The notes under the pieces were generated by a model. The model had not been told where the DNA came from. It did no database searches and saw only the letters and a program-made list of their open reading frames with translations. Both the position numbers and the translations under genes were made by a program. A stretch of DNA of 64,000 nt from Eledone cirrhosa (Eukaryota): positions 194,246,001-194,310,000 of the forward strand of contig OZ024741.1 of the NCBI GenBank assembly GCA_964016885.1, in the 5' to 3' direction. Below are positions 27,826 through 41,010 of the stretch, one piece after another. The number at the start of each line of letters is the position of its first letter. Position 1 is the stretch's first letter.

Positions 27826-28553
27826 ATATATTATATATATATATATATTATATATATATATATTATATATATATATATTATATATATATATTATATATAT
27901 ATATTATATATATATTATATATATATATTATATATATATATATTATATATATATATTATATATATATATATTATATATATATATATTATATATATATATT
28001 ATATATATTATATATATTATATATATATATATTTTATATATATATAATGTATATATATATATATCTAATATATATATATTATATATATATATTATATATA
28101 TATATTATATATATTATATATATATTATATATTATATATATATATATTATATATATATATATATTATATATATATATATTATATATTATATATATATTAT
28201 ATATTATATATATATTATATATTATATATATATATATTATATATATATTATATATATATATATTATATATTATATATACATATATATATATTATATATAT
28301 ATTATATATATATTATATATTATATATATATTATATATTATATATATATTATATATTATATATATATTATATATTATATATATATTATATATATATATAT
28401 ATTATATATATATATTATATATATATATTATATATATATATTATATATATATATTATATATATATATTATATATATATATTATATATATTATATATATAT
28501 ATATTTTTGTATATATATATATAATGTATATATATATATATATATAATATATA

Positions 28554-29075
28554 AGCGTGAAGGGGGTGGAGTTCCTTTTGAGGTCCCAAACGTAGGAGGC
28601 GAGTGTTGTTTCTACACCATCTTTAATAAGAACACTATAAGACTGTCTTACACCACCACACCTAACCTAGCTAGGAATATAGCCAACCACAACTCTAAAC
28701 TAAATAAGCCAACTACCTCCGAAACCAATCCCCGGACTGGGGCTCTATGTAATTGCCTAAATAAGGAAACATGCCCACTAGAAAACAAATGCCTCACAAA
28801 CGACATCGTATACAAATGCGATGTCATCTCGGGCACCGAGGATTGCAAAAAAACTTACATCGGCATGACCTCCAACACCTTTAAGACCCGCTGGTATGCC
28901 CATACCCACTCCTTCAGAAGACCGGATAAATCAAACCAAACAACACTCGCCTCCTACGTTTGGGACCTCAAAAGGAACTCCACCCCCTTCACGCTTAATT
29001 GGAAAATACTCCAGAAAGCGCGCTCTTACGACGGAGGACACAAGGGCTGCGACCTTTGTATCTCAGAGAGTTACT
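28554..29075 (+). mobile_element. Penelope-like GIY-YIG endonuclease fragment with a short inverted piece at its 5' end
   Basis: CNCLNKETCPLENKCLTNDIVYKC..TYIGMTSNTFKTRWYAH..TTLASYVWDLK..CDLCISE. Positions 28554-28610 are the reverse complement of about 28938-28995. Confidence 0.88.
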
Positions 29076-29109
29076 ATATATATAATATATATATATATAT
29101 GTATATATA

Positions 29110-30496
29110 TACACCCCAAACCGCCACTTCATCCTCCCACTCCTGCCAACACCACACTTTCTCTATAAAGTTATGTTGGTACCACAACATCCGGTCCAAA
29201 CTAATGAGATTGTGTAGTTGTCACGACAAAAAAACACAGTCCATGCTGTAATGTGGTCATATAGGTAACACGGTAAAAACCTTCCAGTCCACACTGTAAA
29301 TGTGGTTGGTGCTAGGAAGGGCATCCACCCATAGAAAACCTGCCAGATAGTCCTATACGACCGAGACACGGTCACCTGACCAACCTTGCTTAAAGTGGGA
29401 CAACTCCCATCTAACCCATGCTAGCGTGGATCTTATATGTGGCTGATGCTTAGGTGCAATAAGTAGCAAGTGCCCACAGGATAGTAGCTCCTTCTATTGC
29501 CCAGATGGTTCTATAGAAATAGTGGACACTTTCCGTTACCTGGGTGACAAAATCAGCAGTGGTGGAGGGTGTTCTGAAAGTACAGTAGCCAGAGTCAGAA
29601 CGGGATGGAAAAAGTTCAGAGAGCTTATACCACTATTGGCCACTAAAGGTTTCTCTCTAAAAATGAAAGGCAGATTGTATGATGCCTGTATACGAACAGC
29701 AATGTTACATGGCAGTGAGACATGGGCATTACATGCAGAGGACCTGCACAGACTGGAAAGGAACGAAGCATGCATGCTCCGTTGGATGTGTAATAGTAAT
29801 ATACGTGAACGGCAAAGCATAAATGAACTAACTAAGAAATTAGGTATAAGAGGGATCAGATGCTGTTTACACTACATTGGTATGGTCATGTGATGCGCAT
29901 GAAAGATGACAGCTGTATAAAAAAGTGCAGGCCGATCAAAATTGATGGTAGCTACGGAGTAGGTAGACCCAGAAAACCTGGGACGATTTGATAAATTCCG
30001 ACCTTACACACTTGCACCTCTCTAAGACAATGTCACTGGACCGATATCTTTGGTGCCACGCAGTAATACAGAAGACCCGCCTTGCCTATGTACAAAGCAA
30101 AATCTACAGTCAGTAGGCACCTCTTAACCAAATATACACCCCAATCTACTACTCCATCTTCCCATTCCGACCAACACCACCCTCTCTCTGTAAAGTTGGT
30201 ACCACAACATCCAGTCCAAATAAATGAGATAATGAGATCGAAATTGAGAGTATGTAGGTGTCACAACAAAAAAACAAAAAACACATACAGTCCATGTTGT
30301 AATGTGGCCGTGTAGGTAACACAGTAAAAAGTTCCCAGTCCACACTGTAAATGTGGTTGGTGTTAGGAAGGGCATCCAGCCGCAAAAAACCTGCCAGATA
30401 GTCCTATATGAGCGAGACACGGTCACCCAACCAACCAACCCAGCTTGCCTCGTGGAAGATGGACGTTAAACGATGATGATGATGATGATGATGATG
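29110..30496 (+). mobile_element. RTE LINE 3' UTR copy (29110-29430) followed by a 5'-truncated RTE copy (29430-30496)
   Basis: DTFRYLGDKISSGGGCSE..MLHGSETW. (GAT)n tail at 30472-30496. Confidence 0.92.
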
Positions 30497-30911
30497 GAGT
30501 CTGTGCTGCTGCATGGGTCTGAGACTTGGACACTGACCAAGAAACTCACTCAGATGGTGGATGGGTGCTACACGAGAATGCTGAGGATGGCTCTGAACAT
30601 TAATCAGTATACACTGAGGATGAAAAACTCAGAGCTGTATGGGAGCATCCCAAAAGTCAGCTCAAAAGTGACACAGAGGAGACTGAGGTTAGCTGGACAT
30701 GCTCACCGACATCCAGAGTTGACATTGCACTCAGTGCTCCTTTGGGAGCCGCTACATGGACACACTAGAAGAGGAAGACCAAGGTTAACATATGTTGATG
30801 TCCTAAGGACAGACACTGGTCTGTTGGAGACGCAAGACATGGCAGCGATAATGAGGGACAGAGACCGCTGGAGAGAACTCGTACATGGATCTCGGGAATT
30901 TTACCCGCCTT

Positions 30912-30913
<2 letters not shown>
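30497..30913 (+). mobile_element. C-terminal fragment of a second RTE-like LINE family, uninterrupted frame
   Basis: ESVLLHGSETWTLTKK..DGCYTRMLRMALNI..RRLRLAGHAHRH..RRGRPRLTYVD..DRDRWR. Confidence 0.88.
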
Positions 30914-30955
<42 letters not shown>

Positions 30956-31243
30956 CATACATATTTATATTCCACATGTATTTGACAAATTTTAGTCTGT
31001 AATTGTATGCAATATTTTGTTTTCTCTTCAAGAATGTCATGTGTACTGAACATATGACATATTGTTTTGTCTTGTTTTCTGTTGTGTGTTGTTATGTACA
31101 AAATACTATTCAATGCCATAAATAAAACACTGAACAATATGTATACATATTGACAAATAGCATAGTAATAACCTAATTGTATAAACATTGGAAGAAACAT
31201 ATTTCACAAACAAATGTACATATGTACATACCAACATAGACAT

Positions 31244-31300
<57 letters not shown>

Positions 31301-32292
31301 TATATATACCCTTTACATAATCTAACTGATAGTAGCCAATATTTCAAACGAGATCATATTAGTGGTAAAACAATACAATGTATGCTAATTAATATATATA
31401 TGTTAATCAACTAAAGTTTCTTGTTCTTCCTCATTAACATCTGTTTAGCTCACAGAATTTAAAGTAGACATAATAAACAACTAAAACTCATTCATCATTG
31501 TCATTATTTTACAGAATGACACAGTGAGTGACAAAGCTGTCCCTTAGAATTACAAATAGAATCCATCCAATGGACCTCCAAATAATTTCTGTCTCCTTAA
31601 TTTCATTCACAAAGTTCGGGTTGAACCACAACTATAGTAAACAACACTTGCAATGCAGTGGGATTAAACCCAGGGCTTATTGTTTGTAAAATGAACTTCT
31701 CAACCATTTCGCTATGCTGCATCCACTTTATATTACATCGTTAATAAACATCTGGGTTTTGTAAATATTTAATTCCCATCTGGGTACTGGTCTTTCTATA
31801 TAATGTTCCAAAACATTCTAACACTTATTGTGTGAGTGTGTTTATGTATATGTATGTTAGTGTGCATGTATGCGTGTGTAGGAGTGTTGCATATGCTACT
31901 GTGTGGGCGAGTGTGTACAAATATTAGCGAGCATGTATCTGAGAGAAAGAGAGTGTGTGTGTGGTATGTGGTGTGGTGTGTGGTGTGTGTGGTGTGTGGT
32001 GTGTGTGGTGTGTGGTGTGTGTGGTGTGTGTGGTGTGTGTGGTGTGTGGTGTGGGTGTGGTGTGTGTGGTGTGTGTGGTGTGTGTGGTGTGTGTGGTGTG
32101 TGTGGTGTGTGTGGTGTGTGTGTGTGGTGTGTGTGTGTGAATCAATATAAACATATGAACAAATTTATATTTTCAAGTAAGTATTTAAAGGGATTTAAAG
32201 GATGTTAAATGGTTAAATCCTGTCGAATTACATGTTAATTGACTTGAAAAAAGTTCGCATTATCTAATGTGGCCCTGTTATTAAAACATAAC

Positions 32293-32481
32293 GGAGGTGG
32301 ATTGGCAGTATCGGTAGAGGGTCGGACGCCATGCTTTCCAGCATAGTTACGTCCCTTTACGATCTGAGTTCAAATCCCGCCGAGGTTGACTTTGCCTTTC
32401 ATCCTTACGGGGTCGATAAAATAAAGTACCAGTAATGCACTGGGTAATTGCTGGCCTTGTGCCTAAAGTAGAAACAATTAT
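32293..32481 (+). mobile_element. SINE family A, young full-length copy
   Basis: ggaggtggattggcagtatcggtagag...gagttcaaatcccgccgagg...gtagaaacaatta. The sequence attatctaatgtggccct occurs on both flanks. Confidence 0.93.
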
Positions 32482-33454
32482 CTAATGTGGCCCTAGATAC
32501 ACTATACCTGAATAAATAAAGATATGATCTGCTGGATGAGGACTGACTCAGGGTAAAAGAACAACAGCTAAAGGATCTCCAATGTATCTATTTTCATATA
32601 TGATGCACGGCAGCAAAGATACTGACTGCAAAATGATTCAGTGTACCTAGCTGTAATAAGATACCATGAGGAGGTACACCTAGCTGCTTTGACTCTTAAC
32701 ATTCTGTACTGCATGAAACTGTATTAACAAAACATTATTGAAAAAAGTACAAAACCACACTATGACTGCACATATAAACATACACATATTGACACAAACA
32801 CATGTGCACACAACCACACAGACACACACAAACACATGTACACAAGCACATATAAACGCACATGCACACATGCATAAACAAATATGTATACAGGATTAGC
32901 TTTTATTGAAATTCAGACATAAGGTACTATTACATAACATTCTGAAGGTTGAAATATGCTGTCATGACAACACCAACATACCATAAATGGAATGAAAAAA
33001 TTGTCAACAACAGGATAAATCTAATGTAAATTCATGAATAAGAAATAAAAGTAAAACTTACACAAATATCAATAATAAATATCAAAGATAAAGAAATATA
33101 TGCTGGATTTAATAGATATTTTTAAACACTTTCATCATGATATTTAACAAATTTCTCTCACATTTTTCACCTTATCTTAGCGGTATTTTCTTAATTAATT
33201 AATAATACATACATACAAACATACATACATACATACATGATGATGGCTACAACTAATTTAACCAAAACAGATAACTTTTGAGACAACCTGTATATATATA
33301 TATATACTCACACAATCAGAAGTCTTTATACACATACATATACAAATGTGACTGGTCTGAGGATTCTTGAACTAGGTTACTAAAAAAGTATTGAATTTTC
33401 CAATTATATATATATATATATATAGTTATATATATATATATATATAGTAATAAT

Positions 33455-35000
33455 AATAAATTTGAAGACTAAAATCCAAAGAGGGCTCGATAAGGATAAA
33501 TATATATCAGATATATAAGAACCGTAGAGCAAATCTTTATTAAAATAACAGATTAAAGTTTAAGCAAAGAATCGCTGCTTTCACCCTTAACAGGATCTTC
33601 TGAAACTAAAAAAGTCAATCTGTGAAGAGAGAAGTAAATATTTCAAAAACCGTTGCAACCGAAGGAAGACAGGAAGACGATACTTTGGTTCGTGGAAACG
33701 TTCCCTGGCAAAGAACGAAAAAAAAAGGAAGATAATACGTCATTATTTGGAGCGATGAAAAATAATTACACGCAAAGACCGAACCACGTTTATGGTATAA
33801 ATGAAGTCGTAGACTAATATTCTATTAGGTGGTTCATGGAGACATTCTCTGGCAATGAACGGAAAAAACGAAGATAATACGTCATTATGTAGACCAATGA
33901 GACCAATGAGAACAATTACACGCAAAGACAAAACCATGTAAATGGTATAACTGAAGTCGTAGACTAAAATTCTATTTAGGAAACCGAATGATTCTCGGCT
34001 TCAGAGTTAAGAATAAAGTAAATAAAATACAGAGGTAATTGAAATTAAATATATACATATACACATCCATATACGTACATACACAAGCATACATGAAACC
34101 ACTCCCCATGGGTATGCAAATACAAGCACGTACACAACAAATAAAAAAAAAAACACACACACACACACACACATATACATGCCCATAAAGAACCCACGCA
34201 ATGCCTGTACCGCACACATATGAATGTATACACCAAATACACATAAAAAAAACAAAAAAACATATATATATACACATGTGTGTGTGTATACATAATTAAA
34301 TAAACGTATATAAATATACATACATAAATACGTATACAACGCGCGCACACACACACCCAGATGTAAAGACACATATGTTCGCGGACTACGTTAACCAAAA
34401 CACAAAGTACACATATACACACACCCTACATACGCACGAACCCGCATACTCACACAGACGCAAAACTCCCGTAATCACGTAACCAAATGCACATGTACCA
34501 GTATATATAATATATATGCCAATAACATATACAAGCAAATAAATGTACGAGAAAATATACGTACCTTCACAAAACATACAGGTAATATATACTTACCTAT
34601 ACGAATAAGTAATGGTATAAACATAACATATACTTAGCTCCCACATCAAGACATAAAATATCCGCGTATAGTTCGTACTATCCGTTAGGGTATAACGTGG
34701 GGCTGTAATACAGGAAAGTTTTGTGCAATTTATGTTTACAAGCCGAAATTGCCTCAGATTTTTTGTTTAAGATGTGGTCTTTGGCGTAGAGTATTTCCAG
34801 AGCCTCAGCGGCGCAGAGGTCACATGGTCTTTTATTTCCGTTATATGATCTAGCCGTAGCTAGGATCTCCCAGTGTAACTTATATTGGGTGTGGTTGTCT
34901 TTTAGACTCCAGATATAAGCTGAAAGTGACATCATATTCCTTCTAAGAGGGTGAAAGCAGCGATTCTTTGCTTAAACTTTAATCTGTTATTTTAATAAAT
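33455..35000 (-). mobile_element. 5'-truncated Penelope-like element: GIY-YIG C-terminus, long 3' region, terminal repeat, inverted terminus
   Basis: ORF 34678-34935 reads LSAYIWSLKD..CDLCAAE..LNKKSE..CKH. Positions 34948-35000 are the reverse complement of about 33537-33588. The terminal piece recurs at 26560-26653 and 57555-57606. Confidence 0.82.
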
Positions 35001-35010
35001 ATATATATAT

Positions 35011-35738
35011 TTATATGGAGAATAGGATTGGCTGTGTAGTTGCTAGTTAAGGTAGCTTAAAATGGAGTGAGAATAAGAAGAAAGCAAGAACGGGGGGAAT
35101 TTTCCTCATCAGTTGTCTACTGGGGGTCTCGGATATTTCCACACTTTAAAGACAAGATATCTACCGCCCAGAGCATTCAATAACTGGGTAAGTTATTTGG
35201 AAAACGGAGGAGGGAGGGAAGCAAAAGAGAAGGGAAAGAGGAAGAAAAGAGAATACTGCGATAAAAAACAACAAACCGAGCAATGTGCGAGCAACTTAAT
35301 GTAAGAAAATCCAAGACCACAGCGATGAGAGAACTTAAGTTCAAGAGCGTGTGGGCGAGTGAAAGGACATGTCTGACTCCAGCGAGTGTAAATGAGAAAA
35401 GGACTGCTAGAGGGTCAGGCGAGGGAAACAATGAGGTGGCTGTCAGAGAGAGGATGAGTAAAAGTGAGAGGGAGAAAGGGAGAGGAAGAAAGAGGGGTAA
35501 GAGTAGAAAGTAACGAAAAAGGTAGGTAGAAGGAGAGAAAAGATTGGTCACAGTGAAACATGATAAAATATATGGAGAATAGGATTGGGTGTGTATTTGC
35601 TAGTTAAGGTAGCTTAAAATGGAGTGAGAATACAAAGAAAGCAAGAACGGTGGGGGGGAGGGGAGTTTTCCTCATCAGTTGTCTACTGGGGGTCTCGGAT
35701 ATTTCCACGCTTTAAAGCATGGACATATCCGAGACCCT
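35011..35738. repeat. About 140 bp direct repeats flanking a 420 bp purine-rich core, with a short inverted terminus
   Basis: 35011-35151 matches 35570-35717. ggacatatccgagaccc (35721) inverts gggtctcggatatttcc. Each repeat carries reverse-complement CTGATGA. Confidence 0.75.
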
Positions 35739-36216
35739 TCTGTATCTTTTATATCTCCATAGTTAATTTATTTTGAATCAATGTTTATCATTGACTGACC
35801 AACGGTTAAAAATACAGATCATCATCATCATCATCATTTTATGTCCGCTTTTCCCTGCTTGCAAGGGTGGGACGGGTCTTATTCAGCACAGCATCTCTCC
35901 CCTCGTCACGGTCCCTCGTCATCTCCACCGTGAGCTTCAATGATCTGAGGTCTATAAATATATATATATAGTCTAACGAAGTTCTTTCGTTGCACATCTG
36001 CAACATCATCAGTAGAACTATTATCATGTTCTCTCCTATTGTATTGTATTGAAATGTTTTATTTTATTTATTTATTTTTGTCTCCGTCTCTGTGCATGCG
36101 TTTGCGTGTGTGTATAATGTTTGGTGTGTGTGTTTGCGTTTGAGTGTATGTGTTTTTGTTTGGTTTTTGTATTCTATCTTTATTGTCCTTCCTGTTCTGT
36201 ATAACCATGTCCATTA

Positions 36217-36254
36217 CGAGCTGAGGATCCGCTAAGGTGAAACAATTGTTCTCG
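36217..36254 (+). ncRNA. Minimal type I hammerhead ribozyme motif
   Basis: cgag-CTGAGGA-tccgctaaggt-GAAAC-aatt-GTT-ctcg. Stem I is cgag/ctcg and the stem III loop is palindromic. Confidence 0.78.
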
Positions 36255-36292
36255 GTATGGTGAACTAACCGTTGTGTAACCACTTCTATATA

Positions 36293-36326
<34 letters not shown>

Positions 36327-36363
36327 AGAAGAAATTAAAAGATGGTTAAAAAAGTTCCATGTA

Positions 36364-36430
36364 TTTTATTATGCGCATTTCAAAAACAAATATCATCCTG
36401 GGACGATATTTGCGTTCTCATCAGATAAAA
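36364..36430 (-). ncRNA. Type I hammerhead ribozyme motif within a fold-back repeat (36325-36515)
   Basis: Reverse complement reads ttttat-CTGATGA-gaacgcaaatatc-gtcccaggat-gatatttgttttt-GAAAT-gcgc-ATA-ataaaa. All three stems pair. Confidence 0.85.
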
Positions 36431-36589
36431 TAGGGAGACATGATATTTGTTTTTGAAATGCTCATAATAAAATAGATGGAACTTTTTTAACCATCTTTTA
36501 ATTTCTTCTTATATATATTCCAGTCCAATAAACTGTTGAGTGGCACTTATCCGATATTTGCATTGCTTTATTGTTCTACAATAAAACTC

Positions 36590-37100
36590 ACCTCCTATAT
36601 ATATATATATAAATATATATATATAAATATATATATAAATATATATATGTATAAATATATATATAAATATATATATATAAATATATAAATATATATATAT
36701 ATAAATATATCATCATCATCATCATTTTACTTCCGCTTTTCCCTGCTTGCAAGGGTCCTATTCAGCACAGCATCTCTCCACTTGTCATGGTCATTCGTCA
36801 ACTCCTCGGTGAGTTTCAGCGATTTGAGGTCTGCTCGCACCATCTCCGTCCATGTTTTTCGTGGTCTACTTCTACTGCGTCTTCCCTCCACTTCTTCACC
36901 CATCAATCATCCTCCATGTGCATCACATATAAATATATATATAAATATATATACATAAATATATATATATATATCTATATATACATATATAAATATATAT
37001 ATATACATATATAAATATATATATATACATATACATATATAAATATACATATAAATATATAAATATATATATATATATATAAATATATATATATATAAAT

Positions 37101-37133
<33 letters not shown>

Positions 37134-37276
37134 AATATATATATATAAATATATATATAAATATATATAAATATATATATAAATATATATAAATATATAT
37201 ATAAATATATATAAATATATATATATATATATAAATATATATATATAAATATATATATATACATATATAAATATAT

Positions 37277-37309
<33 letters not shown>

Positions 37310-37574
37310 AATATATATACATATATAAATATATATACATATATAAATATATATACATATATAAATATATATACATATATAAATATATATACATATATAA
37401 ATATATATACATATATAAATATATATACATATATAAATATATATATATATACATATATAAATATATATATATACATATATAAATTTATATATATACATAT
37501 ATAAATTTATATATATACATATATAAATATATATATATACATATATAAATATATATATAAATATATATATATAC

Positions 37575-37627
<53 letters not shown>

Positions 37628-37630
37628 AAT

Positions 37631-37727
<97 letters not shown>

Positions 37728-37736
37728 AATATATAA

Positions 37737-37801
<65 letters not shown>

Positions 37802-37820
37802 TATAAATATATATATATAT
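36590..37820. repeat. (TA)n/(TAAATATA)n microsatellite with an embedded minus-strand RTE 3' fragment (about 36710-36930)
   Basis: Seen directly. Confidence 0.92.
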
Positions 37821-38179
37821 ATAAAAGGTATATGTATTGAGTTAGGAACTCAAAATAGTCTCTTACAACAAAATAGCTCTAAGAAAGAGATATTTCCGAG
37901 CCGTATATTATAATAGAATATAAAAGAAAAGCGAACAAAGATATATAGATATATGTGTTCAAATCGGTAGTTACCACAATTCCGGTTTGTATTTATTTTC
38001 TTTATTTTTTCTTAAATTGAGACAAGCAAACCCAATTGTCTATAGTTAGTATTCTTTTCACCTTAGCGAATCCGGGCCCTTACGATTTGAACACATATGT
38101 ATATATCTATTTTCTTTTTTCTTTTATATTCTATTATTATATATATATATCGGACAATATTATTCTATTATTATATCTA

Positions 38180-40720
38180 GAATCGGACAATATAGAGGGA
38201 CAGTGGGAATTTCTGAAAGCAAACCTGCTGTTGGCGACAGACGAAGTCTGTGGCTGGAGCAGGCCTGTAGGCAGGAGGAGAGTAACATGGTGGTGGAACA
38301 GTAAGGTGGAGGGGTCAATTAAGGCCAAAAAGCAGGCTTGGAAAGTATGGCGGGATGGGGGAAGTAGAGTAGACTATCAAGTGGCCAGGAGGGAAGCTAG
38401 GAGAGAAGTGTACTTAGCAAGAAGGGAAGCTGAGGAAAGAAAGTTCAAGCATGTTCTACAACGCGATGACCAAAAACGTGAGGTGTTCAGGATTGCCAGG
38501 CAATGCGTCAAGGAAAACCGTGATATTGTCGGGGAGAAGTGTGTACTTAACGATGATGGCATACTTGCCATCACCGACACTGATAAGAAGGTAGCTTGGA
38601 AGTGTCACTATGAAAGGCTACTAAATGAGGAGAATAAATGGGAGAAAGACAGTCTCCCCCATATCGACCCGATAGAGCGACCAGCAGTGTTAGTCGAGGG
38701 GAGTATAATAAGTAAGGCAATCAAGGATATGAAGACGGGTAAGGCGGCTGGGCCTTCGGAAATAGTTGCTGAGATGCTGAAGGCATCTGGCACGGTGGGA
38801 CACACCATGGTCACCCGCATAGTTAACCAAGTCGTACAGAATGGGGTTGTTCCGAAGGACTGGCATAGCAGCATCATCGTTAACTGTTATAAGGGTAAAG
38901 GAGACGCCCTAGATAGGAGTAACTATAGAGGCATTAAATTAATCGACCAGGTCATGAAGGTCACGGAAAAAGTAATAGCGCAACTAATCAGAGAGAGAAT
39001 TGACCTAGATGAAATGCAGTTCGGGTTTGTGTCAGGCAAAAGCACCACAGACGCTCTTTTCATAGTACGACAACTACAGGAGAAGTACCTAGCTAAAGGT
39101 AAACCCCTCTACTTAGCTTTTGTCGACCTGGAGAAAGCCTTCGACAGAGTCCCCCGCTCCATTATCTGGTGGGCTCTTAGAAAACTAGGCGTTGACGAAT
39201 AGCTTGTGAGGGCTATACAAGCCATGTATAAAGAAACAGTCAGCAAGGTTAGAATTAACAACGAATATAGTGAAGAGTTTAGCGTAAAAGTTGGCGTCCA
39301 TCAGGGCTCTGTTCTCAGCCCCCTACTATTTATTATTGCCCTTCAGGCTATAACAGAGGAGTTCAAGACCGGCTGCCCATGGGAACTCCTATATGCAGAC
39401 GACCTGACACTCATAGCTGAATCAATGGCTGAGCTAGAGAAGAAATTCCAAACATGGAAGCACGGCCTAGAATCAAAAGGCCTTAAAATTAACCTGGCTA
39501 AGACTAAAGTTCTAGTTTGTAGGAAAGAAAATAAGGCGGCGGTCCCTTCCGGGAAATGGCCATGCTCAGTGTGTAGGAAAGGCGTAGGTAGAAACTCCAT
39601 TTTATGTCCCAAATGCAAAGTATGGGTGCATAAAAGATGTAGTGGGATCACAGGTAAGCTAACTAAGAACATAGACTTTACATGTGGCCGGTGTTCTGGT
39701 GCAATAAGTAGCAGCAAGTGCCCACAAAATACTAGCTCTTTCAATTGCGCAGAGGGTTCTATAGAAATAGTGGACAGCTTCCGTTACCTGGGCGATAAAA
39801 TCAGCAGTGGGGGAGGGTGCTCTGAAAGTACTGTAGCTAGAGTCAGAACTGGTTGGAAAAAGTTCAGAGAGCTTATACCACTATTAGCTGCTAAAGGGTT
39901 CTCCCTAAAAATGAAAGGCAGGTTGTACGATGCCTGCATACGAACAGCAATGTTGCATGGTAGTGAGACCTGGGCATTGTGTGCAGAGGATATACGCAGA
40001 CTAGAGAGGAACGAAGCTTGCATGCTCCGCTGGATGTTTAACAGTAATATACGTGAACGGCAAAGCATAAACGAACTAAGGAAAAAATTAGAGATAAGAG
40101 GGATCAGATGTTGTTTACTCGAGAGAAGGCTGCGTTGGTATGGACACGTGATGCGCATGAAAGTCGATAGCTGTATTACAAATTGCAGGGCAATAAAGAT
40201 AGACGGTAGCCACGGAATAGGCAGACCTAGAAAAACATGGGATGAGCTGATAAACTCCGACCTCACACACTTACACCTCTCCAAGACAATGTCACTGGAC
40301 CGAGACCTTTGGCGGTACTCAGTAACAGAGAAGACCCGCCTTGCCAGTAGGCATCTCTAACAAAATACACCCCGTCCCGCCACCACCCCTACCCCATCCA
40401 CACCACCCCGTTCTATGTAAAGTTATGTTGGTGCCGCGCCATCCAGGCCGAAACAAATGAGATCGTGTAGGTGTCACGACAAAAAAACACACAGTCCACG
40501 CTGTAATGTGGCCGTGTAGGCAACACGGTAAAAACCTCCCAGACCCACACTGTAAATGTGGTTGGTGTTAGGAAGGGCATCCAACTGTAGAAAACCTGCC
40601 AGACAGTCCTATGCGAGCAAGACAATCACTCTTGCCTCAAGTGGGACTACCCCCGTCCAAACCCATGCAAGCGTGGAACACGGACGTTAAACGTTGATGA
40701 TGATGATGATGATGATGATG
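38180..40720 (+). mobile_element. RTE LINE, young 5'-truncated copy with a single in-frame stop
   Basis: ORFs 38036-39202 and 39206-40360 are in the same frame, split only by TAG at 39200-39202. Complete RT, PHD-like finger, 3' UTR and (GAT)n tail. Lacks the APE domain. Confidence 0.96.
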
Positions 40721-40738
40721 ATATATATATATATAATT

Positions 40739-40855
40739 CCGATGAAATGACAGTTGATAATAACATTGAAATATTGAATGTCTACATAACTAATACTTTG
40801 TAGATAGCAGCTGTTTTCAGGTTATGTAACTGTTATAGAAACACGTGTCAATAAA
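40739..40855 (+). ncRNA. Hammerhead-like motif (CCGATGA variant) with a long stem II
   Basis: cCGATGA-aatgacagtt...aactgttata-GAAAC-acgt-GTC. The 5' strand of stem I is lost in (TA)n. Confidence 0.55.
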
Positions 40856-40889
40856 TTCCTTCTTAACTAAACTGTATCCATTAAAATCC

Positions 40890-40920
<31 letters not shown>

Positions 40921-41010
40921 TATATATATCATCATCATCATTTTACGTCTGCTTTTCCCTGTCGGTTGAGCACTCTATGCTCCTGAGAGAATTTGCTTAG
41001 AAACCAACAG

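Noticed and set aside
32293-32390. tRNA-like A and B boxes
   Set aside because: These are SINE heads. There is no full cloverleaf and they always continue into the SINE body.
33345-33405. CTGAGGA in a short repeat shared with 42460-42525
   Set aside because: No GAAA half or pairing stems were found.
33565-33605. Hammerhead-like CAGAAGA...GAAAG at the PLE terminus (minus strand)
   Set aside because: The core is altered and stems I and III cannot be paired convincingly, so it is not counted as a ribozyme.
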